From Spirochaetia bacterium (GTDB taxonomy: Bacteria; Spirochaetota; Spirochaetia; DSM-16054; Sediminispirochaetaceae), in NCBI GenBank assembly GCA_034520965.1, contig JAXHMY010000001.1, positions 256,001 through 320,000 of the forward strand: a stretch of 64,000 nucleotides of DNA. Reading direction: 5' to 3'. The position numbers and the translations under genes are program-made. A model generated the notes under the pieces. It searched no databases. It had not been told where the DNA came from and saw only the letters and a program-made list of their open reading frames with translations. This document shows positions 47,196 to 58,254 of this stretch, in pieces; the stretch's first letter is position 1; each line of letters begins with the position of its first letter.

Positions 47196-48179
47196 TCAGG
47201 TTTCCCTGGCCGGAGGGGCCATAAAATCAGGACCAATTGGATTGTCAATTTCTTCCTGTAGTATCTGATCTATCTGCTGTATATCTTCCTCTGAGATTTC
47301 CCAATCCATAGTACCGTCAATATCGGCAAGCTGTTCAGGCTTGCGTGCACCCCATAAAGCTACTTCAACTTCCTGCTGCAAAATCCAGTTTACCGAAAGC
47401 TGCACTAAACTCTTTTCATTTTTTTCCGCCACCTTTTTCAGCCTTTCTACTGCGTTCAAATACTGACTATAACGGGGGTTTTGAAATTTTGGGTCGATAT
47501 TACGCAGATCATCTCCCTCAAAGCTGGTGTCCTCGGTCATTTTTCCGGTCAGTAAACCGCGGCAGAGGGCGCCATAGGTAATCAGAGCAATTCCGTTCTG
47601 TTTACAAAATGGTTTTAACTCGCCTTCGATACCCCTCTCAAAGAGGTTATACGGAGGCTGACAGGTGTGCAGAGGAGCATGGTCCATAAACTGATTCATC
47701 TGATCGACACTAAAATTGCTGACCCCTACAGCACGAATAAGCTGTTGTTCATACAGTTCACGCATAGCTGCGGCGGTTTCCTCGATTGTTACATTCGGGT
47801 CCGGCCAATGAACCTGATACACATCGATGTAGTCTGTGTCGAGCCTGGTAAGTGAATCTTCAATTTCTTTGAGGATCCGATCGCGGGAAGCGTTTCGATA
47901 CGGATTCCCCTCGTGCCATTCAATTCCCACTTTGGTGGCCAACTCGAAACTACTGCGCTCCAGCCCTTTGAGTGCTTGCCCGACTATCCGCTCCGATTCT
48001 CCAAATCCGTAGATCGGAGCGGTATCGATCAGTCCAACTCCCTCAATCAAAGCACGCCGAATAGTCTCTATCGAAAGATCCTCATCGGTTCCGCCCCACA
48101 TCCAGCCTCCGATTGCCCAGGTGCCCAATCCAACTCTGCTGGTGTGTATGTCGGTTGTAGATAACTGTGTTTCTTTCAT
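47196..48179 (-). CDS. Aldo/keto reductase (YhdN/GSP69-like)
   Basis: GLGTWAIGG, DTAPIYG, ATK, YQVHWPD, GVSNF, QPPYNLFER, LCRGLL. Confidence 0.92.
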   Translation of the reverse strand: MKETQLSTTDIHTSRVGLGTWAIGGWMWGGTDEDLSIETIRRALIEGVGLIDTAPIYGFGESERIVGQALKGLERSSFELATKVGIEWHEGNPYRNASRDRILKEIEDSLTRLDTDYIDVYQVHWPDPNVTIEETAAAMRELYEQQLIRAVGVSNFSVDQMNQFMDHAPLHTCQPPYNLFERGIEGELKPFCKQNGIALITYGALCRGLLTGKMTEDTSFEGDDLRNIDPKFQNPRYSQYLNAVERLKKVAEKNEKSLVQLSVNWILQQEVEVALWGARKPEQLADIDGTMDWEISEEDIQQIDQILQEEIDNPIGPDFMAPPARET

Positions 48180-48253
48180 ATCTATAAATTTAATAATAGT
48201 GCAGCCCTAAGGCAAATAACGAATCATTCAAACGCACATGATAGTTCCCTCCC

Positions 48254-50258
48254 CTAATATTCAACCCTTGAAGTCACCTCTCCGGATTTTACCCGCAGCA
48301 ATCTCGGCCGGCCTTGGATTGTAAGCCCGCCAACCTGAAAGTCGAGGGTACTTGGCTCTTCAATATTCAAAGCCGCTTCCTCACCATCGTGAAAGACTAC
48401 GCGAATAAACGAACCCTGTTGATGAAAGGAGGGAACCAATGCAATCATCTGCTGGTCGGTTTCGCTGCCGCGGTTGGCATATACAGCGGCAGCCAGCAGA
48501 AAACTACCGGCGGCAGCGCTCTGGTAATCCAGTCGTGAACAGAAGCTCTGCACGTAGCGGGTATTTACCCCATTCAGCTGGCCTTGAAAAGGGCCCGCCG
48601 GCACTTGATGGGCGAAACCGTTTAATCCGGCCAGTAGAGTATAGCGGTTACCGATGCGAACTATTTCCGCAGCTCCACTGCTGCTTCGCACCGGCCGGCC
48701 GTAGTCGAAGCCCAGAGGGTAGCCTCCCTGTCGAAAGCGAAGCCCCGGCTTTGTAGTATAAACCTGATGAATATGCAGCAGCAGGCCCTCTTTCACCAGC
48801 GTCCAGGTGGTTATCTCCCCCTCGGGATCAGCTTTGTGGAGAGGATAACGAGCTGCTGCAAAGTCTTTCTCACAATACAGGTTGGTCATCTCCCAGCGCT
48901 GATGAAAGAAAATTCCATCCTCCGACCACTGCAGGCTCGAATCGCTGTTAAAGGAGCCGTACACCGCCCGTGAATCGTAGGTGAAAATGCTCGAATACGA
49001 AAAATTGGTATACTTGGCGTTGTATTCATCTTTGTCGTGATACGACTTGTGGTTAATCAACTGTACGTGGCCGCTGTGCTGATCGCCTAACAGCAGCATA
49101 CCGGCACTCTTGAGGGGGATAGAAAAACTGTTCTTATGAATCGGCAGCGGTTCTTCCGGCGCCGACCAGAAGGGATCCTCCGGCGGTATCATTAGTATGT
49201 TCAGTGCCTTGACCGCCCAGTAAGGAGACCCCCGCAATTATAGTGCTCCAGAACCCCTTCGGCGGGTCGCAAAAATCCCATCGACAGGTGTCCCAGGTCG
49301 GTAAGGATTTCCCGGGAAAGAAAATTTTCAGAGTCATATCGAGCATGGTCCGCAATTCGCCCACGGGTATGTCTAAAGCCCCCAGGGAGTAGCCCAGGGC
49401 CAGCGGGGCCAGATAACCAAAGCGATAGATCATCGAGCGGCCGTAACAGGGAGCACTTCCGTCACTGGAGATAAAATAGCGCAGTATCCGCCCAAACTCG
49501 CGCACCCGCAGCTTGTGGGTTTCGGCCAGTTCGGGATGCTCATCACCCTCCAGAATAGTGTAGATTAAATAGTAGTAGTGAAAGGCCCAGGCATTGTAAT
49601 AATCGATTCTGTTTATATCACCATCACGGTACCAACCATCACCGATATACATGTGCTCACAGGCGGCGATATTTCGATCGATCTGCTCCTGACTGTAGGG
49701 CATCCCAAGCTTTTTCAGCACCCCATTGGTAACCACATTGAAAAGCAGCCAGTTGTTTTGATGGTATTCGGCTTGGGTGCATTGATAGAGGTAACCGCCC
49801 ACCTGTTGCTGTTCAGCCTGGGAAAATCGATCCCAGATGTGGGCGCGCGACTGATACAGCCCCCAGGCAAGAGATGCCATCTCTACCAGATGCTGGGCAT
49901 AGTCGCTAATATCACCCCAATATTCGGGATGCTCAGGGTTGGTGCCGTTCACAATTCCCTGTTGGTAGAACTCCGCCACCTCGTAACGTCGTCCCCCCAA
50001 CTCAAAACTAGGCTCACTCTGCTGAGACAGCCACGGGCCTGCCATAATGAACGAGCGGGTAAAACCCTCCAGTTCATCTGCCAGCCGTCCGTGGTGACTG
50101 CGGGGCCCGGGTATCAGCTGACGGGCACAGCCCGGAGATCCGTTATCAATTATTGCGGCCATGAGCTCGGAGAAGATCTCCTCATAATGAGCCCTGGTAT
50201 AGCCGGAAAAGCGGGATGCGGAGTAATCGTAGGGCGTTTTAAAATCTATCCGTTTCAC
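48254..50258 (-). CDS. DUF2264 (GH154-like) glycoside hydrolase, two single-base frameshifts (about 49320 and 49231)
   Basis: LEGFTR, GTNPEHPEYWG, Q.LVE, NNWLLF, YIGDGWYRDG, DYYN, GRSMIYRF. Middle frame SREILTDLGHLSMGFLRP...EHYNCG, then GSPYWA.K and KY..FSYSS, which are DUF2264 motifs. Confidence 0.78.
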
Positions 50259-52042
50259 CTTCGTCCTCCTCCAGAGGGCAGAGATGAATTAGCCTCTTCG
50301 ATTTGAAAGGGATTATAGGTGGACAGAGGCCACCGGCCTTGCGGGACAACCCTCCCGCACAGCACGTCTCTAGTAGTCCGCAGCCCCTCCGGTGAGAGGT
50401 TCATATTCAGGATAATACTGGGCGCATCGGGGATCATTCCGCCGCTATCCTTTATTTGATAGGGAGTGTTGGTAATAAGCAGCACCGGATACCCGGCATC
50501 GATCAGCTCTTTTACATAGCCGTTAGGAGCTGCAGAGCGGTCGTAGAAGTTGGTGCAGATAATCAAATCCCAACTTCCCTGGTTTACAAACTCCGGCACC
50601 CGATGATCATCTTCTTCATTCCCTGCGAAATCGGTTTCATAGGTCTGAAGACCGGGCCACTCCGCTTCCAACAGCTCTGAGAACAGGGCCGGATGGTCCC
50701 ACCGGTCGTTGGGACTTTTTACCGTGTTCAGCTGGTTGACCAGCAGCACCCGGGAAAGTGTTCCGGACAGAGGTACTACATTCAGATTATCCTTCGGTAC
50801 CAGGATTGCACTGCGGGCGGCTTTTTTAGCGGTTTGTACAACAATTGGGTCGCTGAATGGTTCTGAGGCCAACTCAGGGTCGGCTATTCCCATGGTGTCG
50901 AACATGCCGTATTTCTTTTTCATCCTCAAAACCCGTCGAACCTTGTCGTCCAGTTCATCAGAGGGGATTTTTCCCTGGTCGACCCATTTTCGGATGGTAT
51001 AGAACATCTCGCCCTTCTACTGGTTTTCCGCTTTCATCAGAATTACATCCGATCCTGCGGCCAGTGCACGGGCACAGGATTCACCGACCCCATATCGGTC
51101 GATCAGGGCACCCATGGTCATGCTGTCGGTCGTAATCACTCCTTTAAAACCGAGCTCCTCCCGCAGCAGGTCGGTTACAATACTCCTCGATACCGTTGAA
51201 ATAGTATCTCCGTCCAGATGGGGATACATACAATGAGCCACCATCACCGCATCAATACCGGCTTCGATTAACCGTTTATATGGATACAGCTCAACTTCAT
51301 GAAACCGCCGGTTATCAACTTCCAGCTTAGGACAAGCATGGTGGGCATCGGTGGCACTGTCGCCGCGACCGGGAAAATGTTTCGCCGCGGCAACCACTCC
51401 TGTTTCCTTAAACCCCTGCAGCATCGCAAGGGCATACTCGGCAACTACCGCCGGATCATCACCGAAGGAACGACGGCCGATCTCCGGGTTTAAAGGATTT
51501 ATATTCACATCTACCACCGGTGAGTGAATCATATCCAACCCAGCGGCCTTCAGCTGCAAGCCGGTTGCCCGGGCAACTTCATAGGCCAGTTGCGGGTTGC
51601 CCGATGCGGCAACCCCTAAATTAGAGGGAAACTGCACCACTCCACCGCGGCTGTAATCTTTGCTGGTATCCCCCTCCTGATCGATTACCATATGCAGGGG
51701 AATTCCCGGCTTCCGTACAGCCGCCAGAACCCGCAGTTCATTGAGCATCTCGACAAACTCTTCGGGAGCAGCATAAGGGGGTTCCCCCGATTTGGCCATT
51801 TTCTGCATCGAAGGCACATAATAAGCACCTAAGTTCTGTCTCTTTGCCCGATCATCACTGAAATAACGAAAAATACGGTAAAATGGAGACAGTCGAACCC
51901 CTCCGCACTGATACCTGGTAATCGCCTCACGAAGATCGTTGGTGATAACGGTACCGGACATGCCCACCACTACACATTGGCCTATCTTCTGTTCTACGGA
52001 CATCTGTCCGATTATTTTCTCTATAAATTGTTCATCAGTCAC
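50255..52042 (-). CDS. GH3 beta-N-acetylhexosaminidase-like enzyme, split by an in-frame TAG at 51017-51019
   Basis: IDQEG, SPVVDVN.NP.NP.IG.RSF, KHFPGRGDSATDAH, VMVAH, LREELGFKGVITTDSM.M. The two ORFs are in the same frame (TAG then AAG GGC GAG ATG). Confidence 0.82.
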
Positions 52043-52194
52043 ACTTATCTCCTTTCCACTTCATCTCTTGCTAGTGCCATTGGAGTTCTGCATTATTTTT
52101 AGTATACTTTGAAGAGCAGCGGGGGCTGTAAGCCTCACACTTGCCGGCCCCCGCATCCATTCCAGGGGGTAAGAGTTTCTCTTATCCCCTGGTT

Positions 52195-53647
52195 TTAATA
52201 ATTCTTCATTGGGTCCCAATCGGGAAAGATAAAATCTTCCAGCTCTACATCGGCACCTTCGGCATTCGCCTTTTCGATGTTCCGCTTTAACTGTTCAGCC
52301 ATTTTCTCGTCCCATTCGCGGGCTTGCTGAACAAAGTAGTCCTCGCCCTTCAACAGGGATGCACTAAATATCTCGCCCATTCCCGGAGAAACCGACGGCC
52401 ACTGCACCTTTCCGGCATCCGGATTTTGGGTAACCGGTTCGGGGTGGTTTTTAACTACTTCATCTGCAATCTCGAGAAACCGCTTTTGATACCAATTTGC
52501 ATTACTGGTATCTACGTTTCTGTTTCCCGGAAAGACTCCATTCTCATCAAAGTGGGCTTTTTGGAACTCTTGTCCATGCAGCCATTTGTGACACTTCCGC
52601 CGCTTCTTTCGGGTTTTCGCTCTGGGAAGAGAGATACACTGAACCCTTTGCCAAACTCATGTAGCGATAGGCACGACGACCGCTGTCGGGGACCGGAACA
52701 TAGGCAATACCAAAATCGATATCCTCATAGCCCATGGATTCCCACACTCCCGGCATCCAGGTTCCATCTAAATAGAAGGCCACTCGATTCTCACCGAACA
52801 TACTGCGGGCCGCTTCCTTTTTCATTGAGCTCCAACCTGGTGCCACACTGCCGTCGTCAAGGAGACCCTTCACCAAACGATATACTTCAAGGTGGTTATT
52901 GTTTTCAAACTTAAACTCGCCATTTCGGTAATCAAAGCCGGGCCGCCCGTAGCGGATATCTCCGGAAGCGGGAGTTGCGGTAGTAAAGAACCCCTGTAAT
53001 GGGCGATCCATTCCATTACCTACCCCAGGGAATCCAATTCCATAGAATTTTCCATCTCCGGCCTCGGTAATCTGGCGGCATACTTCACGAAACTCGGAAA
53101 AAGTTTCCGGCATGTCCCGGGAAGGATCGAGTCCGGCCATTTCGAATACTTCTTTGTTGTAGTACAACAGCCCGTGCAGTTTTACAAAGCGGTTCTCAAA
53201 GGGGAGAGTATAAAGCTCACCGTTGTACTTCATAATTCCTTCCTGAAACAGTCGTTGGTCGAACTGAGACAGAAAATCCTGGTCCATATACTCGTCGATC
53301 GGCTGGATCCAGTCTTGAGCAATATAATCCATCGCACTCATCTCGGGGGACAGCCAGAACAGGTCCGCAGCTTGTCCGCTTTTCAGAGAGAGGGGCAGAG
53401 TCTGCTGGTACTGATCCTGGGCATAGGTCTCAAATTTCACGTTTATATTCGGATGTTCAGCCTCAAACTTTTCAGCTTCAGCCTCGAAAAAGTCTTGGTT
53501 TTCCTGGGACCAGTTAGTTACGGTAATAGTAACCGGACCTTCCTGTCCGCCCTCAGCCGACTCTTCCTGGGCACCGCCGGCCCACAGAGCGGGAGTCATC
53601 AGCACTATAAGTGCTACCAGTAGCATGATACTTTTCTTACGCATCAT
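52195..53647 (-). CDS. Carbohydrate ABC substrate-binding protein (frameshift near 52590)
   Basis: Signal ...ALWAGGAQE, HPNINVKF, LYYNKEVF, FYLDGTW. After removing one base it continues KWLHGQEFQKAHF...into the 52195-52407 ORF. Confidence 0.85.
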
Positions 53648-53707
53648 TTCTCCTCCTAATATTTTTTGTGAAGTGGTTCAAAGCTTGTGCAAAGCCAAGA
53701 CCATCTT

Positions 53708-54562
53708 CTATCCTTTCACTGCTCCCGCTAATCCTTCTATGAAGTAGCGTTGAAACAGCAGAAATACCACCATCATGGGTACAATTGAAATCGATGCGGC
53801 CGCCGCCATGGCCGCCCAATCGCTGGAAAACTCGCCGACAAAGGCGTACATGCCCACACCCAGGGTACGCAGATTCGGACGACTGAAGGTAAAGACCAAG
53901 GGAATCATAAAGGCCTTCCACGCCCCGATTGTGTTCAGAATAGTTACGGTACCGATAATCGGCTTGGCCAGGGGCAGCATTATATGCCGGAACTGCTGCC
54001 AGAAATTACAGCCGTCAATGGCTCCCGAATCTTCCATCTCTCGGGGTACCCCGATATAGAAGCCTATAAACAGCAGTATGGCGATTATCAGGGTTTTACT
54101 GGTATAAGCCAGGGTGTAGCCGATCCGGTTGTTGAGCAGCCCCAGCATATCCGCAAGTTGAAACAGGGGAATTATTGTGGTTGCCCGGGGTACCACAGTG
54201 GTTCCAATGAACAGCACCATAATCAGCCGTTTACCGGGAAACTTAAATCGGCCAAGCACATACCCGCTGGTTGAGCCCAGAAAAACAATCAGGGCCACTA
54301 CGCTCACCGCAAATATCACGGTATTTAGAAAGTAGATAGAAAAATTGGAAGTAGTCCAGGCACGTACATAATTGTCTAACTGTAGCGGATCGGGTATCAG
54401 TCCGGCGCTATTATTCCACATCTGAGCGTTTGTCTTAAAGCTGGCCGATACCATCCATACAATCGGGTATATCCAGATTATGCATAACAGTATTAGTACC
54501 CCATGCAGCGAGCCTCGCTGCATAAGACGTCGCAGATAACCCCCTCCCGTTGCTTTAGCCAT
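53708..54562 (-). CDS. Carbohydrate ABC permease (MalG-type)
   Basis: EMEDSGAIDGC EAA loop, FQRYFIEGLAGAVKG. Start at MAKATGG. Confidence 0.9.
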   Translation of the reverse strand: MAKATGGGYLRRLMQRGSLHGVLILLCIIWIYPIVWMVSASFKTNAQMWNNSAGLIPDPLQLDNYVRAWTTSNFSIYFLNTVIFAVSVVALIVFLGSTSGYVLGRFKFPGKRLIMVLFIGTTVVPRATTIIPLFQLADMLGLLNNRIGYTLAYTSKTLIIAILLFIGFYIGVPREMEDSGAIDGCNFWQQFRHIMLPLAKPIIGTVTILNTIGAWKAFMIPLVFTFSRPNLRTLGVGMYAFVGEFSSDWAAMAAAASISIVPMMVVFLLFQRYFIEGLAGAVKG

Positions 54563-55547
54563 GGTTGCCCCTCCCGACGATTTTACCCTGCAGGGTTCCG
54601 AGTACCATAATGAGTCCTCCGAAGAGTACCGCCACCGCCGAGGAGTAGCCGATTCGCGGTGAAGCCGTGCCGAAGGCATTCCGATAGATGAAAGTACCGA
54701 TCACGTCGGTTGAAAAAGCCGGTCCGCCACCGGTCATGGCCATCACAATGTCAAACACCCGCAGGGACATTACAATACCCAACAAGGTGACGATAATGAT
54801 GACGGGTTTGAGGGCGGGAATGGTAACAAACAGAAAGGTCTGCACCGAATTCGCTCCATCCACTTCGGCTGCCTCATACAGCTCCTTCGGAATGGTTTGT
54901 AAACCAGCCAGCCAATAGATGATGTACTGCCCGGAGTAGTGCCACACTTCCACCAAGATAACCACGAGCATTGCCAGGTTTATATTTCCCAGCCAATCGA
55001 CAGGCCTTCCGAGCACTCCAATATCCAATAGTATTTTATTCAGAGGACCGTTCCAGGGATTTAATATAAATGTCATTACTATCCCAATAATTGCGGTCGA
55101 GCTTACCATTGGAAGAAATAGCCCGGTACGGTACACATTAGAAAACCGCAGTCGCGGGTTATTCAGCATATACGCAATGATTAAAGTAAGCGGAAGTTTA
55201 ATCAGATTATTGAGCACTACGAAGACTACAGTATTTTTAAAGGCATTCCAAAAATGGCTATCCCCAATTAAATCCTGATAGTTTCGCAGCCCCACATAGT
55301 AACTCGGCCACTCTCCTATTCCGTTCCACTGAAAAAAGGAGTAGTAGATGCTGGCAATGATCGGCCACAGAATAAACATTAAAAATACCAACATAGTCGG
55401 TAAGAGAAAAAGGGCAATCCACATAGACCGCTGCCCTTCGGCTTTAAAGGCGTCCGTTTTACGCAGTTCAGACTTTTTCAAACCGGGTTTATTTAAAACA
55501 CTTTTTTGTACATTAGGTTCCTGCCCATCAGACCTACCCGCGTTCAT
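54555..55547 (-). CDS. Carbohydrate ABC permease (MalF-type)
   Basis: LAGLQTIPKELYEAAEVDGA, MTGGGP. Start at MNAGRS after an AGGAG RBS. Confidence 0.9.
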   Translation of the reverse strand: MNAGRSDGQEPNVQKSVLNKPGLKKSELRKTDAFKAEGQRSMWIALFLLPTMLVFLMFILWPIIASIYYSFFQWNGIGEWPSYYVGLRNYQDLIGDSHFWNAFKNTVVFVVLNNLIKLPLTLIIAYMLNNPRLRFSNVYRTGLFLPMVSSTAIIGIVMTFILNPWNGPLNKILLDIGVLGRPVDWLGNINLAMLVVILVEVWHYSGQYIIYWLAGLQTIPKELYEAAEVDGANSVQTFLFVTIPALKPVIIIVTLLGIVMSLRVFDIVMAMTGGGPAFSTDVIGTFIYRNAFGTASPRIGYSSAVAVLFGGLIMVLGTLQGKIVGRGNHG

Positions 55548-55635
55548 GCACACTCCTTACTATAAATTGCATACAGTATTGCTGCTTGTTTTATAGTAAC
55601 ACAATAATAACTGCTGTCAATACTTTTTTGATTAT

Positions 55636-55669
55636 TTATACAATACAATTTCTTTTTTGTACCGTACAA
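55636..55669. promoter_or_regulatory. Tandem candidate operators TT(G/A)TA-N3-TACAA upstream of the ABC operon
   Basis: TTATACAATACAA (55636-55648) and TTGTACCGTACAA (55657-55669), 21 bp apart. The same motif recurs upstream of the regulator. Confidence 0.6.
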
Positions 55670-55745
55670 TATAATTTTTCGAATATTTTTTTTATTAAAA
55701 CTGGAAGGGTTACTCTGAATCTTAGTTTTATTTTCTTGAGAGCTG

Positions 55746-56849
55746 CTACTTTTTTACAAATACCGATTTGCGAATGATCATTTCAGTTTTTAGAGTTTTT
55801 TCCAGGTAAAGGGGAGCTCGACTTGAAATCAGTTCTTCCATAATAGAAAAGCCTTCGTGAACTAGGGAGGCGCGGTTTACCCGCAGCGTAGTCAATGGAG
55901 GGTTAGCCAGATTGCTGGCCATAATATCATCAAAACCGACTACTGAGAAATCTTCGGGAATTTTGTGGCCCGTTGCATTGAGCAGGGCATAAAGCCTAAG
56001 TGCCGACACGTCGTTGTACCCGAAGGCGGCCGAAAAACCATCCTGTAGATATGCCTCAAGCTGTACCACAGTCTCTCCCTCATGGGCATCGAATGCAAAG
56101 ACCTCCAGCTGGATTCGCGAATCGCCCCAGCTTTTGATAGCAGATTGAAGTTCGCCTAAACGCCGATGAAAGACTTCATTCTCCTCAAACTCTTTAGAAA
56201 AAGCAAAAAGGAGCTTGGTGTGGCCCATACTGACCAGATAGTTGAGCATATCCCGAATTTTTTCTTCTGATATTAGTACTGAACCAAATTTTCCCGTAGA
56301 GCCCTTCGCTAAATTCCGGTTAATGAGAACTGCAGGAATCTCATGCTGCCCTAAAAACTCAAAATAGCACTGAGGTAAGCTACCCTGTACAAAGAAGCCG
56401 GATGCCTTGAGAGCCTTTTCCTTAAATTCTTCCGGAACCGTCTCGCATTCCTTATCGTAAATTATAAAATCAGCGTTTATCTTGTTGTTATTCATCAACA
56501 TAAAATAAGAGAAGTATATATCCCGGCTGTGACTATTTTCAGGATTCTCTTGATCAGTAAGCCAATGACTGCGAGAACGGTCGACCAGCATACCAATATA
56601 ACGGGTCGGCGCTTCTTCATACGGAACAGTTACCGTAGAGCCGGCACCCTGACGTGGCAGTAGATAACCGAGACTGGCTAAATGGGCGGTTGCCTTATTA
56701 ACTGTCTGCGGGTTAACTCCGTACTTCTCCGATAAGCGACGAATAGGCGGAATTTTCTCTCCGACCCCATACACCCCGGCAACAATATCTCGACGAATGA
56801 TATCTGCAATTTCAAGATACTTATGTTTCGAATTCGATTGTGTTTCCAT
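55746..56849 (-). CDS. AraR-like regulator (GntR wHTH + LacI-type sensor domain)
   Basis: KYLEIADIIR...GEKIPPIRRLSEKYGVN..TV.KA...L...G.L...QGAGS; C-terminal YND..A, IPEDFSVVGFDD, PPLTTL. Confidence 0.9.
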   Translation of the reverse strand: METQSNSKHKYLEIADIIRRDIVAGVYGVGEKIPPIRRLSEKYGVNPQTVNKATAHLASLGYLLPRQGAGSTVTVPYEEAPTRYIGMLVDRSRSHWLTDQENPENSHSRDIYFSYFMLMNNNKINADFIIYDKECETVPEEFKEKALKASGFFVQGSLPQCYFEFLGQHEIPAVLINRNLAKGSTGKFGSVLISEEKIRDMLNYLVSMGHTKLLFAFSKEFEENEVFHRRLGELQSAIKSWGDSRIQLEVFAFDAHEGETVVQLEAYLQDGFSAAFGYNDVSALRLYALLNATGHKIPEDFSVVGFDDIMASNLANPPLTTLRVNRASLVHEGFSIMEELISSRAPLYLEKTLKTEMIIRKSVFVKK

Positions 56850-56918
56850 CACACAAAGTATGAAAGCAAAATAATCATTTGTCAACTGTAAGCAACACAA
56901 TTTTAATTTTTTCTTATA

Positions 56919-56931
56919 TTGTATGTTACAA
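56919..56931. promoter_or_regulatory. Candidate autoregulatory operator TTGTA-N3-TACAA
   Basis: TTGTATGTTACAA 70 bp upstream of the regulator start; matches the sites at 55636-55669. Confidence 0.55.
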
Positions 56932-57100
56932 TTTTTAAAAATATAGGGTGCACCTGCGATAAGATATAGACCTATAAATATGTCAAATTGGTACTTGGTA
57001 TAAAGAGGGGATGCAAGCTACTTGCAGCGCTCGGCTTTATCACGTACAATCGCGGCGCACGTTCACACAAGAACCTAAAAATTACAATAACGGGGAAGCA

Positions 57101-57682
57101 ATGCTACGCGAACTACTGAACCTTTTTATCATATTTTTTAAGATCGGACTGTTTTCCATCGGCGGCGGGTACGTAATGCTGCCTATGCTTCGCCGTGAGA
57201 TGGTAGAGGACCGGGATTGGCTCAGCGACTCCGAGCTCATCGATTACTACGCTATCGCCCAGGCAACCCCTGGAATTATTGCGATCAATACCGCCACCTT
57301 TGTCGGGTACAAGCGTCGAGGTGTGTGGGGTGCGCTGGCCTCCACCGCCGGTATGGTCGGCCCCTCGCTCATTATCATCACCATCATTGCCATGTTCTTC
57401 GCCCGTTTTCAGGATGAAGTGGTGGTTCAGAAGGCCCTGCGCGGTATTCGAGTGGCAGTAGCGGTTCTGCTGAGCTTTACGGTGGCATCACTCATCAAAA
57501 AGGCTGTCCACGGGCTGCAGGGGGTTGTTCTGTTTCTAGGGGCATTTACCGGCGTAGCACTGATCGGTCTCTCGCCTATCCCCATTCTGCTTACGGCGGC
57601 TTTTATCGGCCTGGCCGCAGGAACTTTTACTCGTAGAAAACGTGTCGACTCGAAGAACGACGGAAGGGGGGAGCCGAAATGA
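57101..57682 (+). CDS. Short-chain chromate transporter (CHR), subunit 1
   Basis: FFKIGLFSIGGGY, AQATPG..A.N.ATFVG, GIR.AV. Confidence 0.92.
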   Translation: MLRELLNLFIIFFKIGLFSIGGGYVMLPMLRREMVEDRDWLSDSELIDYYAIAQATPGIIAINTATFVGYKRRGVWGALASTAGMVGPSLIIITIIAMFFARFQDEVVVQKALRGIRVAVAVLLSFTVASLIKKAVHGLQGVVLFLGAFTGVALIGLSPIPILLTAAFIGLAAGTFTRRKRVDSKNDGRGEPK

Positions 57683-58227
57683 GTCTGTTTACTATTTTTG
57701 CCGCATTTTTTAAGATCGGGCTGTTTACTATCGGCGGCGGCCTGGCGGCCATACCGCTTTTGCGGGAGGAACTGGTGGCCGGGGGCTGGGTCTCGGGGGC
57801 CGAGTTTATCGACATGCTGGCGGTGAGCCAGTCCACCCCCGGACCTATCGGCATCAATATGGCCACCTATGCCGGCTTTAAGGCAGCCTCCTTTACGGGA
57901 TCTCTGGCCGCCACCGCCGGAATGGTCGCCCCTTCACTTATTATAATTATTCTCATTGCCCGGTTTATGCGCAATTTCTCGGACCATCCACTAGTGCAAA
58001 ACGTACTGGCCGGGGTGCGCCCGGCGGCCATCGGCCTGATTGCCGCAGCCGCCTGGTTTGTCCTGTCCAATTCGGTACTGCTGATGGAACATTTCCCCGG
58101 AACGGGCTGGTTTGAGCTGCCGGCCTTCATCCTGAGTGCGGTCATCGCCCTGGTATACTGGAAAACGAAGGCCTACCCGGTCTACTACATTGTAGCCGGG
58201 GGCCTTATCGGAATTTTCCTCTTCTAA
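57679..58227 (+). CDS. Short-chain chromate transporter (CHR), subunit 2
   Basis: FFKIGLFTIGGG, SQSTPGPIGINMATYAG, GVRPAA. ATGA overlap with subunit 1. Confidence 0.92.
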   Translation: MSLFTIFAAFFKIGLFTIGGGLAAIPLLREELVAGGWVSGAEFIDMLAVSQSTPGPIGINMATYAGFKAASFTGSLAATAGMVAPSLIIIILIARFMRNFSDHPLVQNVLAGVRPAAIGLIAAAAWFVLSNSVLLMEHFPGTGWFELPAFILSAVIALVYWKTKAYPVYYIVAGGLIGIFLF

Positions 58228-58254
58228 GGGTCATAAAGTCATTGGAGCTCCTCT

